64,000 bases of DNA, taken from the IMG/VR virus record IMGVR_UViG_3300027852_001277, one strand, 5' to 3'. Each line of letters begins with the position of its first letter. Positions within the stretch are counted from its first letter, which is position 1. Positions 39,159 through 48,503 of this stretch are shown piece by piece. The position numbers and the translations under genes are program-made. Source of the DNA: a virus. The notes beneath the pieces are model-generated. The model was not told the DNA's origin. It made no database searches and worked only from the letters and a program-made list of their open reading frames with translations.

Positions 39159-40091
39159 CTACCATTTAACATAAATACTTTTTCCAACTTTAGATATTGC
39201 TCTTATTTCCTCTATAGTAAACAATGTTACATTGCCATTACATCGAAAACCTCCTCCTACTTCTTTAGGAGCACCTTTCAAAGATGTAAGCTTATTGAAC
39301 CTGCAATAAAAGTTTCCTCCTACTTTGATGGGGGCATATTCAAGAGAGATGAGCTTGTTATTATTGCAATCAAAATCTCTTCCTACTTTAATAGGAGCAC
39401 CTTTAAGAGAAGTGAGTTCGTTGTCCCTACACCAAAAATCCTCACTTACTTCAATAGGTGCGCATTCAAGAGAAATGAGCTTATTTCCACTACAATCAAA
39501 ATTTCCTTCTACTTTTTTAGGCGCGCCTTTCAGAGAAAGGAGCTTGTTATCACTACAATCAAAATCTTCTCCTACTTCTACAGAAGCACCTTTGAGAGAG
39601 TGGAGCTTGTTGTTACTACAGTCAAAAGTTACTCCTACTTCTTTAGGAGCACCTTCTAGAGAGGTAAGTTCGTTTCTGCTACACCAAAAACTCCCACCTA
39701 CTTTTGTAGGAGCACCTTCTAAAGAGGTGAGCTTATTATAACCACACCAAAAATTTCCTCCTACTTCTTTAGGTGCGCCTTTGAGAGAAACAAGCTTGTT
39801 GTCGTTACACCAAAGAAATCCTCCTACTTTAACAGGAGCTCCTATGAGAGATGTGAGCTTGTTTTTGCTACACCAAAAATTTCCTCCTACTTCTTCCGGA
39901 GCGCCTTCAAGAGAGGTAAGTTTATTTTCGGAGCACCAAAAATTCCCAGTAACTACACCAAACCTAAATGGTAAAGTTTCCACTTTCTTAAGTAGAGTTA
40001 TGTCGCCATTTATGTTATAAATTTTATTTTTTACTATGTAAGTTCCGTTTATCCGGAAGTACGATTCGAAACCATCTTCAGCTGTTGTCAT
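39159..40091 (-). CDS. LRR-solenoid protein #9 (11 units)
   Basis: N-cap, repeats, C-cap. Confidence 0.9.
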   Translation of the reverse strand: MTTAEDGFESYFRINGTYIVKNKIYNINGDITLLKKVETLPFRFGVVTGNFWCSENKLTSLEGAPEEVGGNFWCSKNKLTSLIGAPVKVGGFLWCNDNKLVSLKGAPKEVGGNFWCGYNKLTSLEGAPTKVGGSFWCSRNELTSLEGAPKEVGVTFDCSNNKLHSLKGASVEVGEDFDCSDNKLLSLKGAPKKVEGNFDCSGNKLISLECAPIEVSEDFWCRDNELTSLKGAPIKVGRDFDCNNNKLISLEYAPIKVGGNFYCRFNKLTSLKGAPKEVGGGFRCNGNVTLFTIEEIRAISKVGKSIYVKW

Positions 40092-40153
40092 TATACTATC
40101 TCCTATCTTCTGGTATAAATATTTTTTCCAACTCTGGTTACTGCTTCCACTTC

Positions 40154-40708
40154 CTATTTAGTAAACAATTTAATATTATCACCGCAATCAAAATCTCTTC
40201 CTACTTTTTTAGGTGCACCTTTAAGAGTGACGAGTTTGTTTCCACTACACCAAAAACCTCTTCCTACTTCTTTGGGTGCACCTTTAAGTGAAGTGAGGTT
40301 GTTATTGTGACACCAAAAATCACCTTTTATTCTAGTGGGGGACCCTTTAAGAGATATAAGCTTGTTGTTACTACATTCAAAAGCTCTTCCTACTTTAGTA
40401 GGTGCACCTTCGAGAGAGGTAAGTTTGTTGTTACCACAATAAAAAGCTCCTTCTACTTTAATAGGTGCACCTTTCAAGGTAGTGAGCTTGTTGTTACAGC
40501 AATAAAAACCTCCTCCTACTTCTTTAGGTGCGCCTTTAAGAGAAGTAAGCTCCATGCTACCGCAATTAAAAGCTCCTGTAATTACACTAAACCTAAATGG
40601 TAAGGTTCCGACTTTCTTAATCAATATTACATCACCATCGACGTAATACATTTTATTTTTTATCTCATAAGTTCCGTATATTTTAAAATATTCTTCTAAT
40701 TCTATCAT
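40154..40708 (-). CDS. LRR-solenoid protein #10 (6 units; amber stop inside the C-cap)
   Basis: TAG at 40154-40156 followed in frame by EVEAVTRVGKNIYTRR to 40103. Confidence 0.85.
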   Translation of the reverse strand: MIELEEYFKIYGTYEIKNKMYYVDGDVILIKKVGTLPFRFSVITGAFNCGSMELTSLKGAPKEVGGGFYCCNNKLTTLKGAPIKVEGAFYCGNNKLTSLEGAPTKVGRAFECSNNKLISLKGSPTRIKGDFWCHNNNLTSLKGAPKEVGRGFWCSGNKLVTLKGAPKKVGRDFDCGDNIKLFTK

Positions 40709-40750
40709 TATATTATCTCCTTTTTGAACAACTGATAGGTGCACTGGGAT

Positions 40751-41206
40751 CTAACATCCGGATCCTCGTTCGAGTGTTTGAAGCAACAAGTCCATCTCTG
40801 TAAGCTCGTAAATGCCATCCGCGAGGTTATGCATAATATCCAGTTCCTCTTTGAATTCTCCTAACACAAACAAGCTTTTTCCACAACCCTTAGCGTAACC
40901 TGCTTTCATGTGAGATAATCTTCCTGAAGGAATGGTAAGAATACAACAGTCTGCCCAATCGAGCCACTTCTTGTCCTTTTGAAACGCTCGCTGTATGTTT
41001 TCTTTCTTTAGAAGGATCTTGATGTCGTAATTCTCAAGATCTGCTTCTCCTTCAACGAGTAGTCTAGGCCAGTAAAACATTGGTCTACCAAGCAATTCTT
41101 CGCAAGGATTGAATACCTGGTGACCTTGTGAATGTAGTTTAGCTGTTATTAGTTGTGCCGTTTCCTTTAATTTACTTGTCGTTGCAATATAAATTTTCAT
41201 GACCAT
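40751..41206 (-). CDS. nucleoside 2-deoxyribosyltransferase-like protein (conserved Glu replaced by Lys)
   Basis: KIYIAT, GHQVFNP, DKKWLDWADCCIL, SGRLSHMKAGYA. Confidence 0.65.
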   Translation of the reverse strand: MVMKIYIATTSKLKETAQLITAKLHSQGHQVFNPCEELLGRPMFYWPRLLVEGEADLENYDIKILLKKENIQRAFQKDKKWLDWADCCILTIPSGRLSHMKAGYAKGCGKSLFVLGEFKEELDIMHNLADGIYELTEMDLLLQTLERGSGC

Positions 41207-41771
41207 CCACCTTTCTGGCTAACTGGTTAGGTGCACTTGGCTCTAGCATCCAGTGTGTTACAGGCCAATTCGTTTCACCAAGATTCATATCATGCCAAAG
41301 TTCACTCTTATCGGAAAAAACATGCTTTCTTTGATCCAAACGATATTTAAGATAATATAAAAGACGTGTATCCTTTAAAATTGTGCCATCATATCTTTTC
41401 ATAACAAAATAACAATACACTTTTTGACCTATTTTAGGTTTGCGTGTATTAACCGATATCCATTTCATGGAATCCTCGGTGGTCTCGACATCTTCACCTC
41501 CCTGATCTTCGACATCTCCAGCCTCAATTTGGCCATACACACGATCCACAAATTCTAAGTTATTGGTTCCTACTCTACCAAGGTGCGGCACCCATGACTT
41601 ATCATCTACACCATTGATATCTCTCCATTTGTACAGATTATGCTTGTCTACCCCATCGGTATCCCCATCTATGAGAAGCAGATCAACAGGTCCATTAGCC
41701 ATACTCCACTGCACTATGCCTCCCGTCATGTACATAACAACCTTCGGAACTTTCGGTCTATTCATCTCCAC
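41172..41771 (-). CDS. two-domain protein with C-terminal DUF551-like domain
   Basis: WISVNTRKP...VTHWMLEP. Confidence 0.6.
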   Translation of the reverse strand: MEMNRPKVPKVVMYMTGGIVQWSMANGPVDLLLIDGDTDGVDKHNLYKWRDINGVDDKSWVPHLGRVGTNNLEFVDRVYGQIEAGDVEDQGGEDVETTEDSMKWISVNTRKPKIGQKVYCYFVMKRYDGTILKDTRLLYYLKYRLDQRKHVFSDKSELWHDMNLGETNWPVTHWMLEPSAPNQLARKVDGHENLYCNDK

Positions 41772-42045
41772 ATTCCTCCCCTAGTTTTCTAGTTGTGCAT
41801 ATCTCGTGATCCCAAAACCAGTCCTGTATCTCAAATTTATCCACTGTATCGAGGCAGTTATTCAAGCACCCGCAGGCATAGATCTTGCCTGATGGATCTA
41901 TTATTACGTCATCACGCATGTAGTGGAAATCGGAAGCAAGTGAGGGATCGATCTTGACCTCGTGTCCTTTATCTGACAATTCCTTCACAACCGATGCCAT
42001 CTTTATGATTTCTGGTCTCATTCCGATTATTACTAATGCTTCCAT
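41758..42045 (-). CDS. chimeric ORF: WecB-like (UDP-GlcNAc 2-epimerase) first ~25 aa fused to an unrelated tail
   Basis: LVIIGMRPEIIKMASVVKEL resembles GTRPEIIKMAP. Confidence 0.5.
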   Translation of the reverse strand: MEALVIIGMRPEIIKMASVVKELSDKGHEVKIDPSLASDFHYMRDDVIIDPSGKIYACGCLNNCLDTVDKFEIQDWFWDHEICTTRKLGEECGDE

Positions 42046-42149
42046 GTAGCCTCCTCTATTGTCTTCTTAGTTCCATCCATAATGCCAGTCCATACCAGCT
42101 TTTTGTTATCATGATTCAACATCTTTGCTTTCATATCCCTCATTGTTCT

Positions 42150-42988
42150 CTAATATCCAATGAAATCAATAGGATACTCTTTTACTTTACGACATTTTTT
42201 TGCTCGCAGCTTCATGGGATACTGATGCTGACTCTGGAAGCAAACACAATCATTAATATTAGCAGAAACTTTAAAAAGTTTCGCTTGTTTTTTGGTCACA
42301 AAAAAAAACGCGCCGCCGATGGGGAGTTAGCCAAGTGCAGCCCTGCTCCACATTCTTCTTTATATTTATTATCCCAATCAGGACAGACTATTTCTTTATT
42401 AGAATCATAATTGATTGTTCCAGAATAAAAATCAGTTCCATTTGTATTTGTGCATTTCCATAATTGTATTCTATTATTTTTAATTTTTATCCCTTTTAGT
42501 GCGCACCAATCTATAATGTTGTTAGGATAGATTGGTGTAATAATTGTGGACTTAGCATTCTTTTTATATGTAGAATACATTGAATTGATATAAGCAATAC
42601 TAAAATCCAAAAGCTCGGCATGGCTGTTTCCCCAAAGCTCGGCATGGCTGTTTTCCCAAAGCTCGGCATGACTACCTCCACGAAGAACGGCATGACTACC
42701 TCCACGAAGAACGGCATGGCTACTTTCCCTAAGCACGGCATGGCTCTTTCCATGAAGCTCAGCACGGCTATTTCCATGAAGCTCAGCATGGCTATTTCCC
42801 CAAAGATCGACATGGCTATTTTCCCAAAGCATGACACGGCTGTTTTCCCAAAGCACAGCATGGCTGTTCCCACAAAGCACGGCATTGCTGTTTCCATAAA
42901 GCACTGCATTGCTGTTTCTACAAAGCACGGCATTGCTTTTTCTATGAAGCACGACACAAAATCCAATAATTTCAAATTTTTTGTTCAC
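42150..42988 (-). CDS. 8-aa-repeat solenoid protein (14 x SHAxLxxN) with DUF7666-like C-domain, split by a T9 frameshift
   Basis: 24-nt repeats; CPDWD...ECGAGLHL; a T10 run extends the ORF from 42296 to 42150. Confidence 0.75.
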
Positions 42989-43225
42989 CCATTTTTAGTG
43001 CTTTATCGAATTCTTCTTGCGAATAAACTTTTATAGACATATTGTTTCCTTATTTTCTATTGTTTAAAGAGTTATCCTTTAAAACTGTGCCATTATACTT
43101 TTTCAAAACAAAATAGAAACCCAAAGTCCTAATAATTTGTTCTAAATCTTTGTTATCACGATTAAACATCTCATTAGTTTTCCTTTTCCAGTCCACTTTT
43201 CATATCACACATTTGTTATCACGAT

Positions 43226-43504
43226 TTAACGACTGTTATTTTGTAAATAGATTAAAGCTTCCGATTCTGTCATTCTCTTTATTTTTTTTGATCCAGTAAC
43301 AATAACTTGAACAAAAAAACAAAATATTATTAATAGTTTAACTAATACTGAGTCGCCCAAATAATTATAATTAATAAATAGAGCTATAAGTAGAGTTCCA
43401 AAAGTGAATATATCAGATATAATAGATTGAAATACAGTTCTATTTTGTACTATAACTGTTATATTGTCAGACATATTATCCTCCTCTTTAGTTATTATTT
43501 CCAT
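43226..43504 (-). CDS. small membrane protein
   Basis: Two hydrophobic helices. Confidence 0.55.
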   Translation of the reverse strand: MEIITKEEDNMSDNITVIVQNRTVFQSIISDIFTFGTLLIALFINYNYLGDSVLVKLLIIFCFFVQVIVTGSKKIKRMTESEALIYLQNNSR

Positions 43505-43518
43505 TCCACATTAAAGGT

Positions 43519-43818
43519 TTACACGTTTATTTTATGCAGCACTTTTAGATTATTCATAAGTTCCCTTCTAAGGAATTTTTCAATAGATTCGTATGTGTCT
43601 TCTTCGGGAGAAGAATATTCTCTCATATCGTTTTCAGACGACCACAACTCTATTCCAATAAAATCAACTATCTGACAAAACCCATTAGTCCTAACTGTTA
43701 GATTAAAATAGTCAATACCTGTTTGTTCAAAAATACCTTCTTCTATTGCTTGAACAGCTTGTTCTAGTTGTTCTATTGTAACCGTTTTTTGTTCTTTATT
43801 TAAAGTCTCTTGACTCAT
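43519..43818 (-). CDS. hypothetical protein
   Basis: AGGAG RBS. Confidence 0.55.
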   Translation of the reverse strand: MSQETLNKEQKTVTIEQLEQAVQAIEEGIFEQTGIDYFNLTVRTNGFCQIVDFIGIELWSSENDMREYSSPEEDTYESIEKFLRRELMNNLKVLHKINV

Positions 43819-44199
43819 AGATTGACTCCTATTCTATTAAAGCATGGTTTTATTTCGACACCAAAAAAACTATCAAATCGCCATGAGCATAATTTTTTCA
43901 TGTATTTCCTTATCTCACCATCCTTTCTTTTAAAGAACATCTGACATGTTAATGAACACCGCTACGCTCAATCATAAGTGGTTGAAAAGTATTATGCGCA
44001 TCTTCTTCGCCACTAAATCTGTTGGTTGATGGACAATGGGTAAATGATTTTCTGCCCACTTTCGTTACAGGCCCGCTTTTTTGGCTCACGAAACTATAAA
44101 CGTCGAGTATAGCACCATACGATGTTAATCCCCTTAGGGATTGCTCTTCTTTTTTTATCATTGACGACTCCTTTGTTTTCTTTTTAAATTGCGTACTCA

Positions 44200-45135
44200 T
44201 TAGCCTTTTAAAGCTTTTTCGAATATAGCCTTAGGAACAGTAGATGTATCAGGTTGAGTCACAACATAACGAGAGCATTCGTTGGCAATCTTTGCTGCTT
44301 CGCTAAGATTCATTCCCATTCCGATACAAATTGCAATTACCGACGTGACTGTATCCCCAGCACCACTAACATTATAAACTTCCACAGGGGATTGAGGGAT
44401 ATAATAAATTTCTTCGAGATTTTCTCCGTGATAGATCTGCATTCCATCCTTCCCTAAAGTTTTTACAATATAGTTCGCGTAATTCGGATAAGGTTGAGCA
44501 GACTCGAGTTCTTTGCTGTTTGGTGTTACTATAAGAGTATTCTTGTAACGAACCCGAGAATACAAAGAAAAGTGTTCAGGTGCGGGGTCTATAATAATAG
44601 GCACGTTCATGTTGCTAATAATGGTCATCAATTGTTCCGACACGACTCCTTTTGCGTAATCAGATACCACTATTATATCTATAGATTCGTATTTCAACTT
44701 AGTACACTCTTCGCAAAGTGCATTAGTAGTATTGACGGGTACATACTTTAACTCTTTATCTATTCTTATCATTTGCATTAATCTATACTCGGCCACTATC
44801 CTCGTCTTTTGTGTTGTAACGATTTCTTTTGATTGTATGATATGGCTATCAGCAAGTATTTTTTCTTGGTTATCAACAAGTATTTTATTCAGTTTTTGGA
44901 TTATAGAAAGGCCAGCTTCATCTTCCCCCACTATACCTAAATATATTACATTGGGACCAAGCTCTCGGATATTACTAACTACATTCCCTGCTCCACCTAA
45001 TTTAGAATACTCTCTGTTTGCTAGAAGTATCGGAACAGGGGCTTCTGGGGAAATCCGTTCAACGCTGCCTACTATATATTTATCAAGCATTATATCGCCA
45101 ACTACTAGAATATTCACATCTTTAATATTTTTCAT
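44200..45135 (-). CDS. rfaE1: D-glycero-beta-D-manno-heptose 7-phosphate kinase (RfaE/HldE domain I, PfkB family)
   Basis: VVGDIMLDKY, RISPEAPVP, GGAGNV, SDYAKG, TPNSKE, SGAGDT. Confidence 0.9.
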   Translation of the reverse strand: MKNIKDVNILVVGDIMLDKYIVGSVERISPEAPVPILLANREYSKLGGAGNVVSNIRELGPNVIYLGIVGEDEAGLSIIQKLNKILVDNQEKILADSHIIQSKEIVTTQKTRIVAEYRLMQMIRIDKELKYVPVNTTNALCEECTKLKYESIDIIVVSDYAKGVVSEQLMTIISNMNVPIIIDPAPEHFSLYSRVRYKNTLIVTPNSKELESAQPYPNYANYIVKTLGKDGMQIYHGENLEEIYYIPQSPVEVYNVSGAGDTVTSVIAICIGMGMNLSEAAKIANECSRYVVTQPDTSTVPKAIFEKALKG

Positions 45136-45180
45136 GACCTTCCTCCTTTTGCTCCCATAGCTTATACAAAAATTTCTGTA

Positions 45181-45795
45181 TTAAAATCGGTGCAGCCAGT
45201 TATGCCATACCCATCTATATATCGTTCTTTGTAAAGCGTCTTCTCTATAGGTACTTTTGATATAACTCTTAACTCCACTAGCAATTGCCTTTGCAAGCAA
45301 AACTTGATTTATAACTGCATTAAAGAATTTCTTCTCTTTCGGATAAGTGATGGGCCCACACTTGATAAGAACTGATGGCATCCTTGTATTTTGCAATACA
45401 TAGAATTCCGAACTTTTAATTCCTCTATTTGTATGATCAGGGAATTTGTGTGTCAACTGACTATGAATTATGTTAGCAAGGAGCTTCGTTCTTTCACCAG
45501 ATCCATACTTGTGGGTAGATATTCCGTCCTCATTAGTATTATGCCAAGCGTCTGCATGAATAGAGATAAATATGTCAGCATCGAATTTATCAGCTAGTAG
45601 AGTCCTTTCTTTTAAACCAACATATATATCATTATATCTCGATAAGGTAACTTTGTGATTAAGCAAATCCAATTCGTATTTCAGATAATAAGATATAGAA
45701 AGATTCAAATCATTTTCTTCTCTACAACCATATTTTTCTTTCCATTTAGCTCCAGCATCTATTCCGCCATGCCCTGGATCGACAACAATTTTCAT
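45181..45795 (-). CDS. N-acetylmuramoyl-L-alanine amidase (Amidase_3), catalytic Glu replaced by Lys
   Basis: VVDPGHGG, EENDLNL, ISIHAD, MPSVLIKCG. Confidence 0.85.
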   Translation of the reverse strand: MKIVVDPGHGGIDAGAKWKEKYGCREENDLNLSISYYLKYELDLLNHKVTLSRYNDIYVGLKERTLLADKFDADIFISIHADAWHNTNEDGISTHKYGSGERTKLLANIIHSQLTHKFPDHTNRGIKSSEFYVLQNTRMPSVLIKCGPITYPKEKKFFNAVINQVLLAKAIASGVKSYIKSTYREDALQRTIYRWVWHNWLHRF

Positions 45796-45838
45796 AATAC
45801 ACTCCTTTCGAAACTAAACAGCTGTAGTAAAAAACTAT

Positions 45839-46060
45839 CTAAAATTTCAATTGTGATGTAATAACACTTCCGCTTTGTACTCTAAAAGTTACCAAATCAT
45901 CTTTCGAAGCTTTTCTGATCAAAGAACATTTGGTGCAGTCAAAATTTACCCATCTACATCTGACAGCAGTTTCCATACATTCCACATAGTGCAGGCAATT
46001 ATAATACTTAGTACAAATTTGATTAGTTTTCTTTCGCCTTGGATCTTTTATAATATTCAT
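45839..46060 (-). CDS. small Cys-rich protein (paralogue of 57221..57496)
   Basis: CTKYYNCL...NFDCTKC. Confidence 0.6.
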   Translation of the reverse strand: MNIIKDPRRKKTNQICTKYYNCLHYVECMETAVRCRWVNFDCTKCSLIRKASKDDLVTFRVQSGSVITSQLKF

Positions 46061-46196
46061 AATGTATACCTATTCCCTTCTCCCTCCTTCCTAAAACTGG
46101 AATTCTTTTTAACCTAACACAAGCTAACCTATAGCCACCTAGAGAATTTTTGCTAACCAAACTGATTCTCTCTATTTTCAGTAAATTGGATTTAAG

Positions 46197-46814
46197 TTAA
46201 TATAAGTTTGTAGTCAAACAGTCTTCAATGAAGTATATAATGCGCTCCATTGACTCTCTAATAGTACCATTATTATCGATTGTAGCAACACTTCCTCCGT
46301 GTTCCTTGAAACGTTCGAGTGCTAGTTGATAATTTTGTTTAATTATATCTAATTTGTGAATCACGTGTGTCAACTCAAAAGGATTCTTATCTCTATTCTT
46401 TACTCTTTCTAAACTATTGTCCGAATTTGTTATAATGTAGAGTACGAGAGGCTTTAGTGCTATAAATCTTAAAAAATGTTTATCCCTGTATATATTCAGT
46501 TCTCTTTGCGGACGATAAGCGTAATCACTCAAGATAGATCTATCACTAACCACCCATTTGTTCTTCTTTAATGCAGGTTCTACAACTTTATTAAGATGTT
46601 CTTCTCTATCTGCTGAAAAAAGTAGCGTATATGTTGTAGGAGAGAGATCAGGAGTATTGAGAATCACTTTTCTGATTCCCATACAAAAGTCCAACCCAGG
46701 TGTGCCTGGCTCTTTAGTAAACACTTTATTCTCAGGTAGAATATCAAACAACTTTTTTGCTAAGAACGTCTTTCCTGACCAATCTGCACCTTCAATCACA
46801 ATGTATTTATACAT
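46197..46814 (-). CDS. tmk: thymidylate kinase
   Basis: IEGADWSGKT, KEPG, LFSADR, SDRS. Confidence 0.85.
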   Translation of the reverse strand: MYKYIVIEGADWSGKTFLAKKLFDILPENKVFTKEPGTPGLDFCMGIRKVILNTPDLSPTTYTLLFSADREEHLNKVVEPALKKNKWVVSDRSILSDYAYRPQRELNIYRDKHFLRFIALKPLVLYIITNSDNSLERVKNRDKNPFELTHVIHKLDIIKQNYQLALERFKEHGGSVATIDNNGTIRESMERIIYFIEDCLTTNLY

Positions 46815-46906
46815 TAGCTACCTCCTTCTCTATTAGGTTTATTAACATTACAGTACCAATTTGAATTTATCCCCTTATTTATTAAGGGGAGCCGTAAAAT
46901 CGAAAA

Positions 46907-46979
46907 TGAGTCGCACAGGGATCGAACCTGTGACCACCTGATTAAAAGTCAGATGCTCTACCAACTGAGCTAGCGACTC
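46907..46979 (-). tRNA. trnK: tRNA-Lys (UUU), no encoded CCA
   Basis: GAGTCGC acceptor stem, AGCTCAGTTGGTAGAGC D arm, CTGAC-TTTTAAT-CAG region with TTT anticodon, GGTTCGATCC T arm. Confidence 0.95.
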
Positions 46980-46994
46980 ATTTTATAACGTCTT

Positions 46995-47675
46995 TCACCC
47001 AAGTAGTTCCTTCCAGTGAGACTTTGGACGATACCTTGGGGAACCTGCTTTACAGAGAGGGCATTTGTCCGGTTCGGCTGTCCAGATCTCTTTTTCGATC
47101 AAAGTTATTATTTTATAGTCTGTATAGTCAGTACGCTTATGTGGTCTATGGACAATAGTTCCAATAATTGGCAAAAAATTTACTGGTTCGGAGTTGCCTT
47201 CTTCTATAGCCCTCCTAACCTCTTTGAATGTTTCACTGGTAGTAATAAGTTCCTCTACCTGAAGAACTGTAGCCTCAGCTGGAATAGTCATCCTTCTCCA
47301 CACCATTTTTTTGATTCCAGATGGGTCTTTCTCTGTAAAAGCATGTATAGCATTTAATTTCTTAGCGACCTCGTAAGAGAGTGTAATAGCAGCATAGGAA
47401 GATCCGATCACCCAATCTACATTCCTTATTCCGTTGACACTTAATTTCCATACTAGTTCCTGAGCAAGTTTCTCGCAAAATTGAGGATATTTGAGAACTT
47501 CAGGACAATTAAAATAGCCATTACTACATAAACCAGAATGTAATTCAGCATGAGGCTTATTCGTATAACCATCATGAATCCAGACAGCATTGCAGCTGCT
47601 AAATAAATCAAGAATATCTTTCTCTATTAATAAACTTTTAGAATTCATAATTATTTTCCTCTTTTTATAGTCCAT
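46995..47675 (-). CDS. pyrE: orotate phosphoribosyltransferase (divergent)
   Basis: HAELHSGLCSNGYF, VLQVEELITT PRPP-loop variant, C-terminal CPLC; adjacent to pyrF. Confidence 0.7.
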   Translation of the reverse strand: MDYKKRKIIMNSKSLLIEKDILDLFSSCNAVWIHDGYTNKPHAELHSGLCSNGYFNCPEVLKYPQFCEKLAQELVWKLSVNGIRNVDWVIGSSYAAITLSYEVAKKLNAIHAFTEKDPSGIKKMVWRRMTIPAEATVLQVEELITTSETFKEVRRAIEEGNSEPVNFLPIIGTIVHRPHKRTDYTDYKIITLIEKEIWTAEPDKCPLCKAGSPRYRPKSHWKELLG

Positions 47676-47725
47676 AAATTATGTATTTAATCTAATAATG
47701 ATATTTTCATCTATCGTTTACATGT

Positions 47726-48421
47726 TTATCTATGATGACTTCGCTGCTCAATTTCTTCCAATGTCCTTTCTATAGCATCAATCTGATATTTGGCTTTTGT
47801 AATAGGACGCCCTATGACAAGATAAGTTGATCCAAACCCAATTGCCTCAGCTGGCGTAGCAGTTCTCTTTTGATCGTCGCCAGCGTCTTGAAACCATCTG
47901 GGACGAATCCCAGGTGTGACTTTAATAAGGTTTTTAAAATTCTTATATAGGCTTAACTCTTGAGCAGAACATACAATCCCATACACAGCAGCCCGAGAAG
48001 CATCCTGTACAAATTCCAGAACTTTTGTACTAACAGACGTATGAAAAATGTTGTTTGCATCGTGGTCACTAAGAGATGTTAGAACAGTTACAGCCAAGAT
48101 TTTACTTTCCCCTGCTACAGCTATTGCTCTGGTCATCATTTCTATACCTCCTGAAGCATGAACTGTTATCAGGTCTGGCTTTGCTCTGACAATTTTTTTA
48201 ATTCGATTTTCCACAGTTTGCGGAATATCGTGAAATTTACAGTCGGCAAAGACTTTTCCATATTTCTTCAATTCTTTAATTATGGCAATACTTCCTACAT
48301 CCGCATCTAGGAGGTCGTTGACTTTAAAACCCCAGACTTTCCCGGATAGTTTTTCTGCCATTTCAAAAGCTTCCGTCCTCTCCATCCCATCTAAAGCAAT
48401 TATGATCGGATTTTTTTCCAT
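47726..48421 (-). CDS. pyrF: orotidine 5'-phosphate decarboxylase
   Basis: IIALD, DCKFHDIP, TVHASGG, AVTVLTS, TPGIRP, QKR, VIGRPIT. Confidence 0.92.
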   Translation of the reverse strand: MEKNPIIIALDGMERTEAFEMAEKLSGKVWGFKVNDLLDADVGSIAIIKELKKYGKVFADCKFHDIPQTVENRIKKIVRAKPDLITVHASGGIEMMTRAIAVAGESKILAVTVLTSLSDHDANNIFHTSVSTKVLEFVQDASRAAVYGIVCSAQELSLYKNFKNLIKVTPGIRPRWFQDAGDDQKRTATPAEAIGFGSTYLVIGRPITKAKYQIDAIERTLEEIEQRSHHR

Positions 48422-48503
48422 TTACCACCCTCCAATTCTTTGTTGAAGTAAACTGTATAAAATATTACAAATTGAATTTCTATGTTACAGCACGCAGAAA
48501 TTT

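Noticed and set aside
15734-40156. Genome-wide TAG recoding (code 15)
   Set aside because: Long genes are intact in code 11, several genes end sensibly at TAG (e.g. 718, 2265, 16244), and the only tRNA seen is Lys.
42511-43036. Alternative-frame ORFs 42511..42975 and 42620..43036
   Set aside because: By-products of the 24-nt repeat; the SHAELWGN frame has the start context and the downstream domain.
46870-46890. Intrinsic terminator after tRNA-Lys
   Set aside because: An 8-bp hairpin is present but has no U-tract on either strand, so it is not called.
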